Assembly: GCF_009914755.1 (NCBI RefSeq)
Contig: NC_060938.1
DNA: 64,000 nucleotides
Reading direction: 5' to 3' (one strand)
From: the human T2T-CHM13v2.0 reference genome, Homo sapiens
Position numbers and translations under genes: made by a program. Under the pieces are notes generated by a model. That model was not told the DNA's origin. It was given only the letters and a program-made list of their open reading frames with translations, and did no database searches. Of the stretch, positions 59,856 through 64,000 are shown piece after piece (within the stretch, counting starts at the first letter, position 1; every line of letters starts with the position of its first letter).

Positions 59856-60700
59856 CAAAAAGATGATTTGCCTGTTTACTTCCACCTCTCCCCAGCATAT
59901 TTTGATGGAAGAGTGACAAGGTAGCATCAATAAATACTCTCATTTGGAAAGAGAAAAAAATGGATGGCACATAGCAGTCACCAGTTCCTACCAATTTTTA
60001 AATATTGCTGAAGAAACATGTTGAGGATGTTTACCATGGGGTAGGAAGTGTTCCTTATGTCTTCTCTCTTTTTCCCTTTGATCAATATTTCCAGACATTT
60101 ATCAATTTTATTGAATTTTCAAAGAAGCAGCTTTTGAATTTATTATTTTTTTCTACTTTCTGTCCACTTCTATTTCATTGACTTCTATTATCTTTATTAT
60201 TTCCTTACTTTGTGTACTTTGGATTTAATTTGCTTTTCTAGTTTCCTGTGGTTACCGTTTGGATCATGTTTTAGATTATGTATCTTTTCTAATATAAGTA
60301 TCTCAGACCCTAAGTTTTCCTCTAAGAACTGTTTTAGCTGCATCTTTCAAATTTTGATGTATTTTTATTTTCATTTGGTTCTAAATAGGTAATGCAATTT
60401 CCCTTGTGATTTCTTCTTTCACTCTTGGGTTATTTAGAAGTACATTGCTTAAGTTCCAAATATTTGGAAATTTTCCAGATATCTTGTTATTGAATTTTGT
60501 TCCATTCTATTGGAGCCAGATAACCTTCTCTGTATGATTTTAATCTTGTAATTTATTTGAACTTGTTTTATGGCCCAATTAGAGTCTCTTATGATGACTG
60601 TCTTATATGAATTTGAAACAAAAGTCTACCTTGCTATCTTGGGGTTGTGTTTCTATAAATGGCAATTAGGTTAAGTTTTTTCATAGTATTCTATATAACC

Positions 60701-60792
60701 GTGTATGTGTGTATGTGTTTGTGTGTGTGTGTGTCTGCCTGTGTGTGTGTGTGTCTGCCTGTGTGTGTGTGTGTGTGCCTATGTATGTGCGT
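60701..60792. repeat. Compound (GT)n microsatellite
   Basis: Seen directly. Confidence 0.9.
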
Positions 60793-61255
60793 GGTTTTGG
60801 TTTTTTTTCTTCTTTCATCAATCTCTAGAGAGCAGAGCATTGTCCAGTATAATCATTTGTCTCTATCTCTTTTCAATTCTGTAAAGTTTTTTTTCCATAT
60901 ATTTAAAAACTCTGTTATTTGGTGAATATGCATTTAGGATTCTTATGTTTTCTTTCCATCATCATGAAATGCCATTCTTTAAATCTATATATTGTTTGTT
61001 CTAGAGTCTGTTTTGTCTGATATTAATATGGCCATACCAGCTTTTATTGAGTACTTGCATGGTATATCTTTTCATATGCTTACCTTTAAACTATCTATAT
61101 CTGTGTATTTAAAGTGAATTTCTTATATATAGTAAAAAATTGGATCTTGATTTTCTTAGACTTTTTATCAATATGGTCTGGCTTAAATCTAATATCTTGC
61201 TGTTTGTATTCTATTTGTCCCATTGTTCTCTGTTCCCTTTGACCTCTTTTCTGGT

Positions 61256-62207
<952 letters not shown>

Positions 62208-64000
62208 GTGTCTTTGATGGATTAACTGTTTATTTTTTTGTGACTCTACTTTATTTCCACTATTGGCTTTTTGGCATACCTTTTTGTTTTAGTTTTTAGT
62301 GATTGCCCTAGGCTTTACAATACATGTCTTTGACTTACTACAGTCTGCCCTCAAACAATATTATGCCACTTCATTCTAGTTTTTCCCTTTTGTCCTTTGT
62401 GCTATTGTTATTATATATTTTACTTCTACATATATTATAAGCCCCACAATTTACTGTCACTACATTTGCTTTAAACACCTATCTTTTAAAGAGTTTAAAA
62501 ATGAAGAGAAAAAAGGCCTTTAAAAATATTATCTGTGGGTTTTTTGTTTGTTTGCCATTCTAGTTACACCATCTATATATTTTTTGATTGTTTTGTTTCT
62601 CATGTTTGTTTTGGAAAGACTCAAAAGCATAGTCAGGCTGACATCTTGCCGTCTCTCCTTAGGTCATTTTTATTCTTATTTATATGTGCAGGCTATGCAA
62701 CCTCTTAGAGGTGATGAATTATATGACATATTTATTGTTTAAAGTAATATTTCCTCCCTAATCCTAATATTAAAAATATGTCTGTGTGATCTGAGATAAA
62801 TGAGTGCTCTAAAGTTAGATACCAGTTTTTAAAATGAGAATTTGAAGGACAGCCTTCATTGCCAAAACTATTGCAGAAATACCACAAATATCACTTAACA
62901 TTCAGGCTTTATGATACAGACACGTTTGGAAGTGTGGACTAACCGCATAAGCTTTTATTTACTATAATATACCAATTCCTCACTTATCCAGAGGTAATTA
63001 CTCTGACAACCTCATCTGTTTGGAACACTACAGAAAATAATAAAGTAAAACAAATTGCTTCCAAACAGTTGAACTAGATGCATCAAGGTTATTAAAAATA
63101 AATTTCATGCGTTTTACTAAAAGGAGAACCTCTGACTCAGAACCCACTTGCTTCCATTAAAAACATAATTTCAACCAGCTTGGCTAATTGGTTTCTTTGC
63201 TTTCAGCAGAAGGAAGAAAGACAGAAGTTTGGGTGGTGGGGAAAGAAATGTAAAAGAAACACACATATTATGTAGAGTAAGAGATAATAATCAACATTTA
63301 TATATTCTTTTATGTTGCAGTCTCCTTTAGGGCAGTTAATAGTGTCCTATTTATCTTTGCGTTCTCTGCACAATCCCTGACACACTATATTTGATAAACA
63401 CTGCCCAAACAAACAAACAAGCAAATGAGAGTAAGAAGCTGGGGAGACACAGAACCACATGTTGAAAGAGGAATTTGAAAAGGATAGCAGCTAGAGGCCG
63501 CTCTGTGCAGAGGCAGAGAGTTCTTCATACTACACTCCACTGTGCAGTGAGAACATTTCTATTTAGGGAAAATAGGAGCCAGCGTGGAGCAATATAGCTC
63601 ATGTTGATATCAGTGACATGTCTTTCAGGAAAGGTTACATTTTAAAACCCAAGTGAGTTCTTATTGCCTTAAAAAATGATTTCCATTAATACTCCCCCAA
63701 CCCCCTTTCTATCCCTCTCTCCTAATCTCTATCTCTGGCTCTCTATTAAAAGTTTCACCTTTTCACATTCAGAAAATTCATTTATGCAGCAAATAGCTCA
63801 TTACCTCATGATGTGGCTAAAATGATCTGTTTCTGTACACAAAGTAGATGTTAGAAATTCTTTGTTCAATCAATTTATGGAGGAAAAGAAGTTTATACAT
63901 ACCCATGCCTCAAGTCTGAAAAATGCTATTCACCTTTAGTAAATGTGTAAACTCTATATAGGTAGACATATCTGCTCTCATGCTGATAATTTGTTTATTC

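Overview
This is human genomic DNA (an AluYa5 is present), intergenic or deep intronic and very rich in repeats. I found no intact protein-coding gene, and almost every listed ORF is a translation of Alu, LTR or L1 sequence. The only protein-derived sequence is a full-length, disabled EEF1A1 processed pseudogene (50786-52702, +) with a 13-bp target-site duplication (TSD). The rest is about 25 Alus, three co-oriented LTR12 (ERV9) solo LTRs, many other ERV1/ERVK/ERVL/MaLR solo LTRs (often nested, many with readable TSDs), DNA-transposon fossils (MER2, MER20, MER58, MER85) and old L1/L2/MIR fragments. Four observations stand out. (1) A tailless 5' half of tRNA-Gly(GCC), ending at the anticodon loop, is inserted into an Alu with a 17-bp TSD. 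(2) A piggyBac MITE (MER85, the CSB-PGBD3 target) sits in the TTAA of the pseudogene 3' UTR. (3) A near-pristine AluYa5 has no TSD. (4) An LTR12C-like element keeps its promoter box and CpGs but has lost its poly(A) signal. I see no clear evidence for a new multi-gene system. Repeat subfamily names come from recalled consensus sequences and need RepeatMasker/Dfam confirmation.
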